DNA from: Staphylothermus hellenicus DSM 12710
Lineage (GTDB): Archaea > Thermoproteota > Thermoprotei_A > Sulfolobales > Desulfurococcaceae
Assembly (NCBI RefSeq): GCF_000092465.1
Contig: NC_014205.1
Span: forward strand, 600,001-632,000
Direction: 5' to 3'
DNA length: 32,000 nt
Shown here one piece after another: positions 7,697-16,221 of this stretch. Every line of letters starts with the position of its first letter. Positions within the stretch are counted from its first letter, which is position 1. The notes beneath the pieces were generated by a model. The model saw only the letters and a list, made by a program, of their open reading frames with translations. It had not been told where the DNA came from and did no database searches. Both the position numbers and the translations under genes were made by a program.

Positions 7697-8988
7697 TGAG
7701 TGGGTTTAAACTGGTTCTTATTAAAGAATTAAAGAGTCTAATTAGAGATCCTAAATTATTAATAGCTATGCTTATAGTGCCCCTCATAATTACCGGGGCA
7801 ATGTATTTTATGATTGTCTCGTTTACAGAGCAAGCAGTAAAAGAAGCTGAAAAGCCTGGTGGTTTAGTAATTATAGTTGATGAAGACAAGGGTTTTTGGG
7901 CTAAAAACTTCACCAGCTTTCTAACGCAGAGAAGGTATAGTATAGTATATGCGGATTCGGTAGGAGACGCACTTAAATTATACGATAATCTTAACCCAGT
8001 CGGAGTAGTAGTGATACCTCCTGGTTTCTCACAGAATATAACAGAGGGAAAAATTGGTTATTTAGGGGTTGTTTTAAAACTAAGATCTATAAGCTTAACA
8101 AGTATTAGCTCTTCAAATAAAATATTCAATATTATAAGGAAATATTCCATAAATATTTCAGCAACCATTCTGGCCCGGGAAGGCATAAATCCTGCATATG
8201 CATTATCGCCCATAACAAGTATTGCAAATGTCTATATTAGAGGTAGACTCATACAGGCAACAAATATTAACGATGTTATGGGAACATTACTTATGATAAA
8301 CATTTTTATTCCGATAATAGTATTGTTCCTCGCCGGGATCATTGCTCAATTATCTGCTACAAGTATAGCGGTTGAAAAAGAGGAGAAAATGCTTGAAACA
8401 CTCTTATCTCTACCCATGAATAGATTATCATTTATTGCCGCAAAAATAACTGCTTCAGCAATTGCTGGTTTACTAGGTGCTTTTGTTTATGGAGGGCTTA
8501 TGATATGGTATTTTTCATCGTTAACATCAGTTGAGGGGGGTTCTCGGGGAACTAATCAGCTAGGATATATTATTGATATAATGTCGAATATTTATGGTTT
8601 GGAAAACATTACATTATTAATTCTAGGCTTAATAGCTATTGTACTATTTGTTCTTGGACTAGGTGTTTTATTAGCATTATTTGTAGAAGATGTTAGAAGT
8701 GCACAGATAGCTTCTAGCTATATTATTCTTCCCCTATTCTTCGTAATGTTTATCGGGTTATTCCTAGATATCTCTGGCTATACACAACTGAGTAGAATGC
8801 TTCTCGCATTGATTCCAATAGTAAATATTGGGTTAATACCGTCATATATCTACATAGGCGATCAGACATCAATCTATATAGCTATAATATCAAGTTTTAT
8901 CTATGCATTTCTAATAATGTATATTGATTCTAGACTGGTTAATACTGAAAAGATCTTTACAATAAAACTCTTTAGAAAGAGAAGATGA
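7696..8988 (+). CDS. ABC-2 type transporter permease
   Basis: It overlaps the ATPase stop by 1 nt (TAATG), which implies translational coupling. It has an N-terminal TM segment, a large extracytoplasmic loop and a C-terminal bundle of about 5-6 TM segments, typical of ABC-2/NatB-like permeases. Confidence 0.8.
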   Translation: MSGFKLVLIKELKSLIRDPKLLIAMLIVPLIITGAMYFMIVSFTEQAVKEAEKPGGLVIIVDEDKGFWAKNFTSFLTQRRYSIVYADSVGDALKLYDNLNPVGVVVIPPGFSQNITEGKIGYLGVVLKLRSISLTSISSSNKIFNIIRKYSINISATILAREGINPAYALSPITSIANVYIRGRLIQATNINDVMGTLLMINIFIPIIVLFLAGIIAQLSATSIAVEKEEKMLETLLSLPMNRLSFIAAKITASAIAGLLGAFVYGGLMIWYFSSLTSVEGGSRGTNQLGYIIDIMSNIYGLENITLLILGLIAIVLFVLGLGVLLALFVEDVRSAQIASSYIILPLFFVMFIGLFLDISGYTQLSRMLLALIPIVNIGLIPSYIYIGDQTSIYIAIISSFIYAFLIMYIDSRLVNTEKIFTIKLFRKRR

Positions 8989-9019
8989 TCCAATAAATAG
9001 TGTCATAGAAAAAACTCTA

Positions 9020-9517
9020 TTATCTAGTTACTTTTACATAAAATGTCTCCTTATATGGTAGTTCAAGTGTCCAAAGCTTTATGTATCCAAAGCTCTTTAT
9101 TGGGACATCAATGTATCCCTGGACTGTAACATTGATTTTTTCATTATTTGTTATTGCTCTCATTAATATTATTCTTAAAGCATTGCTTGGAGTAATTTGT
9201 AAGCAAAAATCAATATTGTTAATGCCTCGTTTTATCAAAATATTTTCTTTGATTCCTTCGCCTAAGTAGTTCTTATCAATATATACTTTATAGTATAGCT
9301 TCTCAATTGACACATCTATGTATCCAGTATTGTTTACTTGGGCACGAAAACAAACTAGTACCTTGTTTTCAGCGAGATCATATGTTAGTGTATCTATGGA
9401 TTTAATCTGGGCAGATATGTTTTGAGCAGTAACCCATAATAAACCTATGTAGATTATTATACCAATTACTATTAAGCCGGTCAGTATCCCCCATAGTCTG
9501 GAGATCACTTTTACCAC
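9020..9517 (-). CDS. Membrane-anchored hypothetical protein (possible LEA_2/LEA14-like beta-sandwich ectodomain)
   Basis: 165 aa. A single N-terminal TM ('LWGILTGLIVIGIIIYIGLLW') is followed by a beta-rich domain with alternating hydrophobic patterns ('VLVCFRAQVNNTGYIDVSIEKLYYKVYID'). The fold assignment comes from pattern memory only. Confidence 0.45.
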   Translation of the reverse strand: MVKVISRLWGILTGLIVIGIIIYIGLLWVTAQNISAQIKSIDTLTYDLAENKVLVCFRAQVNNTGYIDVSIEKLYYKVYIDKNYLGEGIKENILIKRGINNIDFCLQITPSNALRIILMRAITNNEKINVTVQGYIDVPIKSFGYIKLWTLELPYKETFYVKVTR

Positions 9518-9666
9518 TAAGCTCTCCTCCTCATAAATATTTTTACCTAATATTATACCTGGTAAATGCGCAACTGATATTAATTATTTTGTTATTTAAA
9601 TAAATGTAGCGTAAATAATTAATAACACGTTATTAAGCATAATCTATTTTAATAAGATGGTTATAT

Positions 9667-11208
9667 TTGTCAATAAATGAAATAAGCATCCTGGATAGGT
9701 GGATAGTATTGGCTAAATTAAAGTATATCTTGTCGGATAAGTCTTTAGATAAAATAGACGTTGATACTCTAATTGTGCCTGTTATTAGTGAAAATAATAA
9801 GCCTAGGATTCCAGAAGAGATAAGAGATGCTTATAGAGAACTAATAGATACAATTATTAGCAGTGGAGACTTCAAGGGTGAAGAAAAGGAAGTAATAATT
9901 GGGTATAGTAGGAATAGGATTAAAAGATTAGTATTGGCTGGGTTAGGTAAAGAACCTGATCATGAGACTTTTAGAGAAGCTGTTGCATCAGCTATTAACT
10001 CCATTGCTGAAAAACAAAGTGTTCATGCAGGATTATATCTTCGAGACCTGAAAAATATATTTGAAATAAGTGATTTAATAGATAACTCTGTCTTAACAAT
10101 TGAAATCACCTTATTTGACCCCGGCGAACTCTTTAAGACTGAAAACAAAAAGCTCACTCTGAAAGAGATGGTTTTAATTGTCGATAATATAAGTGAAGAT
10201 ATGGAGAATGCTTTAAAGAGATCAACTATTATAAGTGATGCAGTAAATTATGCTAGAAGAATAGCAGAGACACCGAGTTCTACAATGAATCCAGCAAGGA
10301 TCGAGGAGGAGGCTAAAAAGCTTGCTGAACAATATGGATTAGAAATTAAGGTTTTCCAAAAAGAAGATCTCGAGAAAATGGGAATGAATGGAATACTAGC
10401 TGTAGGTAGTGGTGGAGGAATTCCTCCGAGGCTGATAATACTCGAATATAGAGGGAGAAACAGTAATGAATGGGACTATGCTTTCGTAGGGAAAACCGTG
10501 ACCTTCGACGCCGGCGGATTAAATTTGAAGCCCACAGGATATATTGATAATATGAAGTATGATAAGTGCGGTGGAGCAGTTGTTCTAGGAATAATGAAGG
10601 CGGTAGCAGAACTTAAACTACCAGTTAATGTTGTAGCTGCTCTACCAGCTGTTGAGAACTTGCCAGGGCCTAATGCATATAAGCCTAGAGACGTTATCAA
10701 AATGTATAATGGATTAACAGTTGAAGTAGGAAATACTGATGCTGAAGGCAGACTTATTCTCGCAGATGCGCTATCATATATAGATAAGAATTATACGCCC
10801 AAACAAATATTTGATCTAGCAACACTTACTGGAGCAATAGTTATAGCTTTAGGAAACTATGCTGCCGGGCTATTCACAGAAAACGATGAGGTTGCGAAGA
10901 AGCTATATGATATAGGGTGGAAGATTGGTGAACGAGTATGGCATATGCCTTTGTGGAAAGAATACTATGAACAACTCAAAAGCAATATAGCTGACACCAA
11001 CAATATTGGAGGAAGACCGGCGGGAGCAATTACGGCTGCAGCCTTCCTAAGCAAGTTTGTATCGGATAAGAAGAGATGGATCCACTTAGATATTGCTGGA
11101 GTATCATTTGTTGAGAAAGGCTATCCTAAGAAAGCATATTATAAACCGGCAGCTACGGGCTTTGGTGTTAGACTTTTAACGTATTATCTGCTTAAAGACC
11201 TAGAATAA
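9667..11208 (+). CDS. pepA: Leucyl aminopeptidase, peptidase family M17
   Basis: It carries the M17 signature 'NTDAEGRLILADAL', plus 'VGKTVTFDAGGLNLKP' and 'KYDKCGGA'. The start is ambiguous: TTG 9667, or the in-frame TTG at about 9709 ('LAKLKYILSDK'). Confidence 0.93.
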   Translation: MSINEISILDRWIVLAKLKYILSDKSLDKIDVDTLIVPVISENNKPRIPEEIRDAYRELIDTIISSGDFKGEEKEVIIGYSRNRIKRLVLAGLGKEPDHETFREAVASAINSIAEKQSVHAGLYLRDLKNIFEISDLIDNSVLTIEITLFDPGELFKTENKKLTLKEMVLIVDNISEDMENALKRSTIISDAVNYARRIAETPSSTMNPARIEEEAKKLAEQYGLEIKVFQKEDLEKMGMNGILAVGSGGGIPPRLIILEYRGRNSNEWDYAFVGKTVTFDAGGLNLKPTGYIDNMKYDKCGGAVVLGIMKAVAELKLPVNVVAALPAVENLPGPNAYKPRDVIKMYNGLTVEVGNTDAEGRLILADALSYIDKNYTPKQIFDLATLTGAIVIALGNYAAGLFTENDEVAKKLYDIGWKIGERVWHMPLWKEYYEQLKSNIADTNNIGGRPAGAITAAAFLSKFVSDKKRWIHLDIAGVSFVEKGYPKKAYYKPAATGFGVRLLTYYLLKDLE

Positions 11209-11234
11209 TCAACTAGAATATTTTTACCTATATA

Positions 11235-11900
11235 TTAACTAGATATTGCTATTAACCTTACAACGTCACTCGTATCCTCACATTTATCGCTGATAGCCTC
11301 TAGATCCTCTATAACATCTCTTAGGAGTATGCATTCCATGGTTAAGTTCTTCTTGCATTGCGTATATATTTTCTCTAATGCTTTTATCCTAATCTCATCT
11401 ATTTCCTCCTCGTATTTCTCAACGTTATGTGTTAGTTCTATGGATTTAGAAGAATCGGTGCCTAGAACCATAATACTATCAAGTAAACTCTTAGATGCCG
11501 AAACGGTTTTTTTACTGATATCCTTCATTATCTCCAATATTTCACGGGGTATTTTATAACCTATATCGTATAGGCTCATTAATCTGCGTCCAGCCGCTTT
11601 AACATATGCTGCAATATCATCAGCGGTGAGTATGAGCCTTAATAGATCTTCTCTATCCAATGGATGTATAAAGACACCTTTCAAGCTATTAAGGATCTCG
11701 CGTTTTATTTCATCAGCCTTTCGCTCTTCTGATACTATTTCATTATATATTTTGGCAGCCTGATCTATTTCATCATTTATCAAACTATCTATGAATTCAT
11801 CCAGTTTTAAAACAGTCAAGTGAACCGTTTTAATATGTTCTAAGCTTTTCATGATAACATTTTGAAGCTTTCTTCCACCCAGCCAGCTCCATTCAGTCAT
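11235..11900 (-). CDS. DUF47 / PhoU-like (TIGR00153-type) protein
   Basis: 221 aa, all-helical. It has 'EERKADEIKREI', 'IHPLDREDL', 'YEEEIDEIR' and 'DVIEDLEAISDKCEDTSD', which match the two-repeat DUF47 pattern. No Pit-type phosphate permease is adjacent. Confidence 0.7.
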   Translation of the reverse strand: MTEWSWLGGRKLQNVIMKSLEHIKTVHLTVLKLDEFIDSLINDEIDQAAKIYNEIVSEERKADEIKREILNSLKGVFIHPLDREDLLRLILTADDIAAYVKAAGRRLMSLYDIGYKIPREILEIMKDISKKTVSASKSLLDSIMVLGTDSSKSIELTHNVEKYEEEIDEIRIKALEKIYTQCKKNLTMECILLRDVIEDLEAISDKCEDTSDVVRLIAISS

Positions 11901-12205
11901 CTAGGACACCTTAATAATTTATTTTTCTTAAATACATATAAATACTTAATATTAATCGTTATGTATTTTAAGGCAGTATGCTTTGTTTAAGATACTGAAA
12001 CTATTTGATTAGAAATGTTAATATTGAAACGAGTAGAAAACATAATTATTTATTAGAAATTTGTTTAAAATATTAAAATAATTTCAGATTACTATATTAA
12101 TTACTAATACAATAGAGAATTGTTTAATAAATCATAAAGTTTATAGAAGAAGAACAAAATATTTATATCGTGATAAACGATACGTAAATCATGGAAAAGT
12201 GTTAG

Positions 12206-12595
12206 ATGGTGGGAAATATGTCTGAGGAGGAGTATTGTAGCATATACGATATAAGGTTCTTGATGAAGCGAGGAATAACATTATCGCCGCCCCTGTGGAG
12301 AACGCTGAAAGCAGTATTAGAATTAAAGAAGGCTACTGCAGAAGATCTATCTAAAAAGACTGGCAGACCAAGAACGATAGAATCAAGATATCTTGCAGAA
12401 CTAAATAGGCTCGGTATAGTAGCTCGTAAAAGAATTAGTAGAAAAGTATACTATATTGAACCCATAACCGCGGTTAAAGAAGCATTACAGGAATTTGGAC
12501 CAGAAATGCCGGTTGAGCAACTGGCTCATCAAATAAGTTTGCCAGCCGATATTGCTCGGATCATCATCCAAAAGATCAAGGAAGGCAAGTTGTAA
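12206..12595 (+). CDS. Winged-helix DNA-binding protein (putative transcriptional regulator)
   Basis: 129 aa. 'ATAEDLSKKTGRPRTIESRYLAELNRLGIVARKRISRKVYYIEP' fits a helix-turn-helix plus wing. A second short HTH-like segment lies at the C-terminus ('VEQLAHQISLPADIARIIIQKI'). ATG 12218 is an alternative start. Confidence 0.6.
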   Translation: MVGNMSEEEYCSIYDIRFLMKRGITLSPPLWRTLKAVLELKKATAEDLSKKTGRPRTIESRYLAELNRLGIVARKRISRKVYYIEPITAVKEALQEFGPEMPVEQLAHQISLPADIARIIIQKIKEGKL

Positions 12596-12678
12596 GGGAT
12601 AGGATGCTGATTAAGCAATGTAACTAATTATTTTAGAAGATTAGAAGAAGACTATTGTTTTTACAATAATGAAATCTC

Positions 12679-13008
12679 TTATTCTTTATTATTTTTATTT
12701 TCTTTTATAACTATGCCTGGAACAAGCCCCTCAATTGTAAGATAAGCATCTTTATTTTCATCTATACCAGAATTCTTCCTACTTCTATTGAGGTGCTTCT
12801 CCACTGCTTCTATAAAAGCATATATCAACTGTTTAATAACGAAGCTTCTATTCTTAAAACCGAGTTGCCTAATATATTTATCAAATCTCGAAAGAGTATT
12901 CTCCTCAATTTTAAAACTTACAACTCTGCTGTGAGGCTTCAGGTCTAATACTATGTAGTTGTTCTTATCATTTTGTTGTAGGCGATCATCGAAATCGAAG
13001 CGTTCCAC
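12679..13008 (-). CDS. Ribbon-helix-helix (CopG/Arc/MetJ-like) DNA-binding protein
   Basis: 109 aa with a GTG start. 'RVVSFKIEENTLSRFDKYIRQLGFKNRSFVIKQLIYAFIEAVEK' fits the beta-strand/helix/helix RHH pattern. It has a Lys/Asn-rich C-terminal tail. Confidence 0.6.
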   Translation of the reverse strand: MERFDFDDRLQQNDKNNYIVLDLKPHSRVVSFKIEENTLSRFDKYIRQLGFKNRSFVIKQLIYAFIEAVEKHLNRSRKNSGIDENKDAYLTIEGLVPGIVIKENKNNKE

Positions 13009-13246
13009 TCGAGCTCTATCCCCCCGCTGATCTCTTCATTGATTACTATTATAATGCCTTATATATTTCAACTAATTATTGAGAACGTTAGTTTTCTATA
13101 CCATGAATATTTATTAGGAACAAACAATTTTTTTCTATAAATCCCGTTTTTATTGGATTTTTTTGTCTATATATCTTGGCGCTGTGGGAAAACTGTCCCA
13201 CAGATAAATTTATATAGAAATTAAATTTAAATAGTTTTTGAACCGG

Positions 13247-13301
13247 CCCCTGCGACTCTCCCGTCGACAAGGGAACGGGATGAGCAGGGGTGACTCCCCT
13301 G
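13247..13301. ncRNA. GC-rich element with mutually exclusive helices directly downstream of rpl13e; candidate structured RNA or 3'-UTR element
   Basis: cccctgc (13247-13253) can pair with gcagggg (13284-13290), enclosing the hairpin tcccgt (13259-13264) / acggga (13275-13280). Alternatively cagggg (13285-13290) pairs with cccctg (13296-13301). The element begins 4 nt after the rpl13e stop codon on the minus strand. Confidence 0.3.
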
Positions 13302-13307
13302 GGCATT

Positions 13308-13577
13308 TTATTTATTATCTTCTTTTACAGAATATCCGATCTTTGTTAAATAGTCTCTTAATGCTTGAACATTCCATTCATGCATGGTTCTTCTACGCTT
13401 ATCTATGCGTAGACCCAGCTTCTCCGCGGTTTTCAGATCTAAACCAACTGCTTCTAATTCCTTCTTACTAAACCCTCTGCCTATACGTAAGCCAGGGCTT
13501 AAACCTCCATGTTTTCTCAGCATAGGTTTCCTTACTATAGGTTCAGGGGGTTGAATTTCTTTGTTCATTTTTCTCAC
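13308..13577 (-). CDS. rpl13e: Ribosomal protein L13e (eL13)
   Basis: It is an 89-aa basic protein. The core 'RIGRGFSKKELEAVGL' matches the eL13 hallmark '(R)AGRGFSxxEL'. Confidence 0.85.
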   Translation of the reverse strand: MRKMNKEIQPPEPIVRKPMLRKHGGLSPGLRIGRGFSKKELEAVGLDLKTAEKLGLRIDKRRRTMHEWNVQALRDYLTKIGYSVKEDNK

Positions 13578-13679
13578 CCTTATCAGGGGTTACTTATTAC
13601 TTTATTATCGTTATATATTAGCATTTTTATGCTTTATCTAAATCCTTAATAGTTCATTTCAAATATATTATAGTATTAG

Positions 13680-13985
13680 GTGATAGAAGAAGCCTTGATT
13701 AAGAGACTGGTACTAGATGTATTAATACCTATTAAGGGCCCATCAATAGTTGATATTGCAGAAAATTTATCGAGAGTTAAGGGTGTAAACGCGGTTAATA
13801 TTACTGTGAAAGAAGTAGACGTTGAAACACAGAACATTATAGTGGTTATAGAGGGAGACAACATAGATTTTGGCGAAACCAGAGTCCTAATCGAAGAGCT
13901 TGGCGGAGTAATTCATAGTGTTGACCAAGTTGTTGCAGGCAAAAAAATTGTTGGAGTTCCACGTGAGATATACGAGGAGCTATGA
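13680..13985 (+). CDS. DUF211 family protein (archaeal, COG1888-like)
   Basis: 101 aa with a GTG start. 'IKRLVLDVLIPIKGPSIVDIAENLSRVKGVNAVNITVKEVDVETQNIIVVIEGDNIDF...GGVIHSVDQVVAG' follows the DUF211 consensus closely. Confidence 0.8.
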   Translation: MIEEALIKRLVLDVLIPIKGPSIVDIAENLSRVKGVNAVNITVKEVDVETQNIIVVIEGDNIDFGETRVLIEELGGVIHSVDQVVAGKKIVGVPREIYEEL

Positions 13986-14003
13986 TGTAATTGGTGCAAC
14001 TTA

Positions 14004-14744
14004 TTGAGCGCGAAGCGTGGATTTGTTGAAGTTGTAGAAGAATTTTTTAAGCAGACAAAGATCTTGTACATTGATGATTGTCCATTCGTGCACAAACAAT
14101 ACTCTAAAGAACCCGGGCTTGTAAAATGGTTTTTTATTAAGGCAGCTAACTTATTTGTTAAAGCGTATCCTTTCGTTTTAGAGCCTCGAAGCCGCATGAT
14201 TAGGGAGACAAGTTTTATGGATGATGAATATAAACTTGTAAAGACTCCTCATATAATAGTTAAGGATTGGGTTTCCACAAGCATTATTAGAGAGTACATC
14301 AATGGCACACATTTCGATCCATATTTTGACGAGCAGGAATATTTTAGATTAGGAAAAGAGCTAGCAATGATTCATAATTCGGGATATGTGATGGGTGACA
14401 CGAAGTATACGAACTTTCTGAAAATAGATGATAAGTTCTATGTAGTTGATGCTGAACAAGCTATTAGATCGAATTCGCATGATTACATGTTTTGGGACAT
14501 TTTTGTCTTCATAACAACAATCATTTATAAAATGATGGTTGATAATCCGTTTAGAACTAAAGATCTTATTCGCGGGAGAATGAATAACTTTCTTAATGGA
14601 TACATTTCTGCGATCGAACATGATTACTACTCTATTCTGAGTAATGTTGACAAATTTAATTATAAAACAATCATGTTTATGTTACTACCCTATCCACTAT
14701 ATATTATATTTAATGATATGATAAAACAATTAATCCGTAAATAA
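14004..14744 (+). CDS. Small RIO/Bud32/Kdo-kinase-like atypical kinase-fold protein (putative)
   Basis: 246 aa with a TTG start. It has a catalytic-loop-like 'SGYVMGDTKYTNFL' (cf. HGDLxxxNIL) followed by 'FYVVDAEQAI' (cf. the RIO metal-binding IDxxQ). A candidate ATP lysine lies in 'FVHKQY'. No glycine-rich loop is recognisable. Confidence 0.45.
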   Translation: MSAKRGFVEVVEEFFKQTKILYIDDCPFVHKQYSKEPGLVKWFFIKAANLFVKAYPFVLEPRSRMIRETSFMDDEYKLVKTPHIIVKDWVSTSIIREYINGTHFDPYFDEQEYFRLGKELAMIHNSGYVMGDTKYTNFLKIDDKFYVVDAEQAIRSNSHDYMFWDIFVFITTIIYKMMVDNPFRTKDLIRGRMNNFLNGYISAIEHDYYSILSNVDKFNYKTIMFMLLPYPLYIIFNDMIKQLIRK

Positions 14745-14756
14745 ACAATTACGTAT

Positions 14757-14825
14757 TATTGATGATGAATTACTCCCGGAGCGACCTCTCTAGGGGATGA
14801 TAGAGACACACCCGGCTGAGCAATA
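14757..14825 (+). ncRNA. Box C/D sRNA (2'-O-methylation guide) no. 1
   Basis: The boxes are C ATGATGA (14762-14768), D' GCGA (14781-14784), C' ATGATAG (14797-14803) and D CTGA (14816-14819). Both guide spacers are exactly 12 nt: attactcccgga and agacacacccgg. A terminal stem forms between tattg (14757-14761) and caata (14821-14825). The element is a GC-rich island in an AT-rich spacer. Confidence 0.75.
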
Positions 14826-14873
14826 AATATATTTAGACAATAATAGTTAAGCTCTTTTTAATGCATTAAAGTA

Positions 14874-14936
14874 TATTGGTGATGAATTTTCGGGGAGACC
14901 GATCAGGTGATGTAGCGGTTACCCAGCTGATTAATA
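14874..14936 (+). ncRNA. Box C/D sRNA no. 2
   Basis: The boxes are C GTGATGA (14879-14885), D' CCGA (14899-14902), C' GTGATGT (14907-14913) and D CTGA (14927-14930). The guide spacers are 12-13 nt: attttcggggaga and (a)gcggttacccag. A short terminal pairing forms between tatt and aata. Confidence 0.7.
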
Positions 14937-14937
14937 G

Positions 14938-15630
14938 GTGATTGAAACGAATGAAGTAGAAGAAGAATGGTATGTCGTGAAGGGGCTTAAGCCTCCCATA
15001 TATGTTGGATTAACTAGGAATAGTAGAAAAAGAATAATTAGCATATTATATATTCTGCTTGCCTTGCTAATAATTTTCATCTTCATAGCTGAATCATCTG
15101 GATTATTTATTCAGGGTCTAAGTATGATATTATTGTTTCTGTTAATTTTAGGGCAGGGACTACTATCTTTTCTTCCTACTAGGGGGAAAGTGCTTAGCTT
15201 GTCTGATCAGAAATATATTAGAGGATTATTGGAGTCTATAAAGGATTATGTTTCCAAGTGGAGCATTCCCTCCAACAATATCCCTGTTGTAGCAATACTT
15301 AGTAATGGGATTTACATGTACATATATTATAGTACTGGCGCTAAGCTATTAATTACGTTTGTAAAACCAACTATGTATCTTAAAATTGTACAAGGCAAAC
15401 CCACCGTAAAAACTAAGTTTATTAAACAATATAATGGGAAAACATGGAGAAATAAAGGATTAATTATAGGCGTTATAGATGCAGTATTTCCTCATCCCGA
15501 AATAAGGGGGATGAATATACATATTAGAGGTAATGCAATAAAGTTATCTACACCAATTGAACACGGGCAGATTCGTGAAATAGTCTCTAATTTCAATAAA
15601 ATAGTGAGGGGGAGAGGTGATATTTTATGA
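14938..15630 (+). CDS. Hypothetical membrane protein (2 TM plus C-terminal soluble domain)
   Basis: 230 aa with a GTG start; an alternative in-frame GTG lies at 14977. It has two adjacent hydrophobic helices ('IISILYILLALLIIFIFIA', 'LSMILLFLLILGQGLLSFL'). Its stop overlaps the next gene's start (ATGA, 15627-15630). Confidence 0.5.
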   Translation: MIETNEVEEEWYVVKGLKPPIYVGLTRNSRKRIISILYILLALLIIFIFIAESSGLFIQGLSMILLFLLILGQGLLSFLPTRGKVLSLSDQKYIRGLLESIKDYVSKWSIPSNNIPVVAILSNGIYMYIYYSTGAKLLITFVKPTMYLKIVQGKPTVKTKFIKQYNGKTWRNKGLIIGVIDAVFPHPEIRGMNIHIRGNAIKLSTPIEHGQIREIVSNFNKIVRGRGDIL

Positions 15631-16208
15631 CGGTAATCTTAGTTATTGGAGATACACATATACCTGATAGATCCGATAAGATACCTGATAAACTACTAAA
15701 GATTATTGAAGCTGGCAAACCTTGGGATATAGTAGTTTTTACAGGTGATTTCATAGGAGAAAATATTTATAGATGGTTCCTAAGTCTTGGAAAAAAGAAG
15801 TATTCCGTAAGGGGAAATATAGATTATTTACCACTGCCTAAAACACAAGTATTTAAAATTAATGATATCACTATAGGCATACATCATGGTGACGGTGTAT
15901 ATCCTAGAGGAGATACTCGAGGATTAACGAGAATAGCGAACCAGCTTAGAGCAGATATATTGTTTACAGGCCATACTCATTCACCATTCATCAAGTATGG
16001 TGTAACTAAAAATATATTGTTGATCAATCCAGGATCATTAACTGGTGTTTGGGGAGGCGGCGGAGGATCAATGAAGCCAAGTATGATGATAGTTGAGTTG
16101 TTCGATGATAGTTTAAGAATTGAACACTATGAGTTATCAACTGATCATACAAAGTTGTCAATGAGGCAAATAGTAGTGAAGAAAAAGAATAGGGAATGGA
16201 TATTGTAA
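15627..16208 (+). CDS. MJ0936/YfcE/Vps29-family metallophosphodiesterase
   Basis: It carries the metallophosphoesterase motif series in a small (193 aa) protein: 'VIGDTHIP', 'FTGDF', 'VRGNID', 'IHHGD' and 'TGHTHSP'. Confidence 0.88.
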   Translation: MTVILVIGDTHIPDRSDKIPDKLLKIIEAGKPWDIVVFTGDFIGENIYRWFLSLGKKKYSVRGNIDYLPLPKTQVFKINDITIGIHHGDGVYPRGDTRGLTRIANQLRADILFTGHTHSPFIKYGVTKNILLINPGSLTGVWGGGGGSMKPSMMIVELFDDSLRIEHYELSTDHTKLSMRQIVVKKKNREWIL

Positions 16209-16221
16209 ATTATTAAAATGA

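Noticed and set aside
9619-9636. Inverted repeat TTAATAAC-AC-GTTATTAA about 30 nt upstream of pepA, as a candidate operator.
   Set aside because: It is composed almost entirely of A/T in a very AT-rich spacer. Palindromes of this size are expected by chance, and there is no second copy in the window.
12679-13008. The RHH protein as the antitoxin of a toxin-antitoxin pair.
   Set aside because: No adjacent co-directional toxin-like ORF (PIN, RelE, HEPN, MazF) is present. The neighbouring gene is a convergent wHTH protein.
13088-13471. ORFs 13088..13306 (-) and 13238..13471 (+).
   Set aside because: The first runs through the GC-rich structured element and AT-rich spacer. The second is antisense to rpl13e. 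Neither has any recognisable motif.
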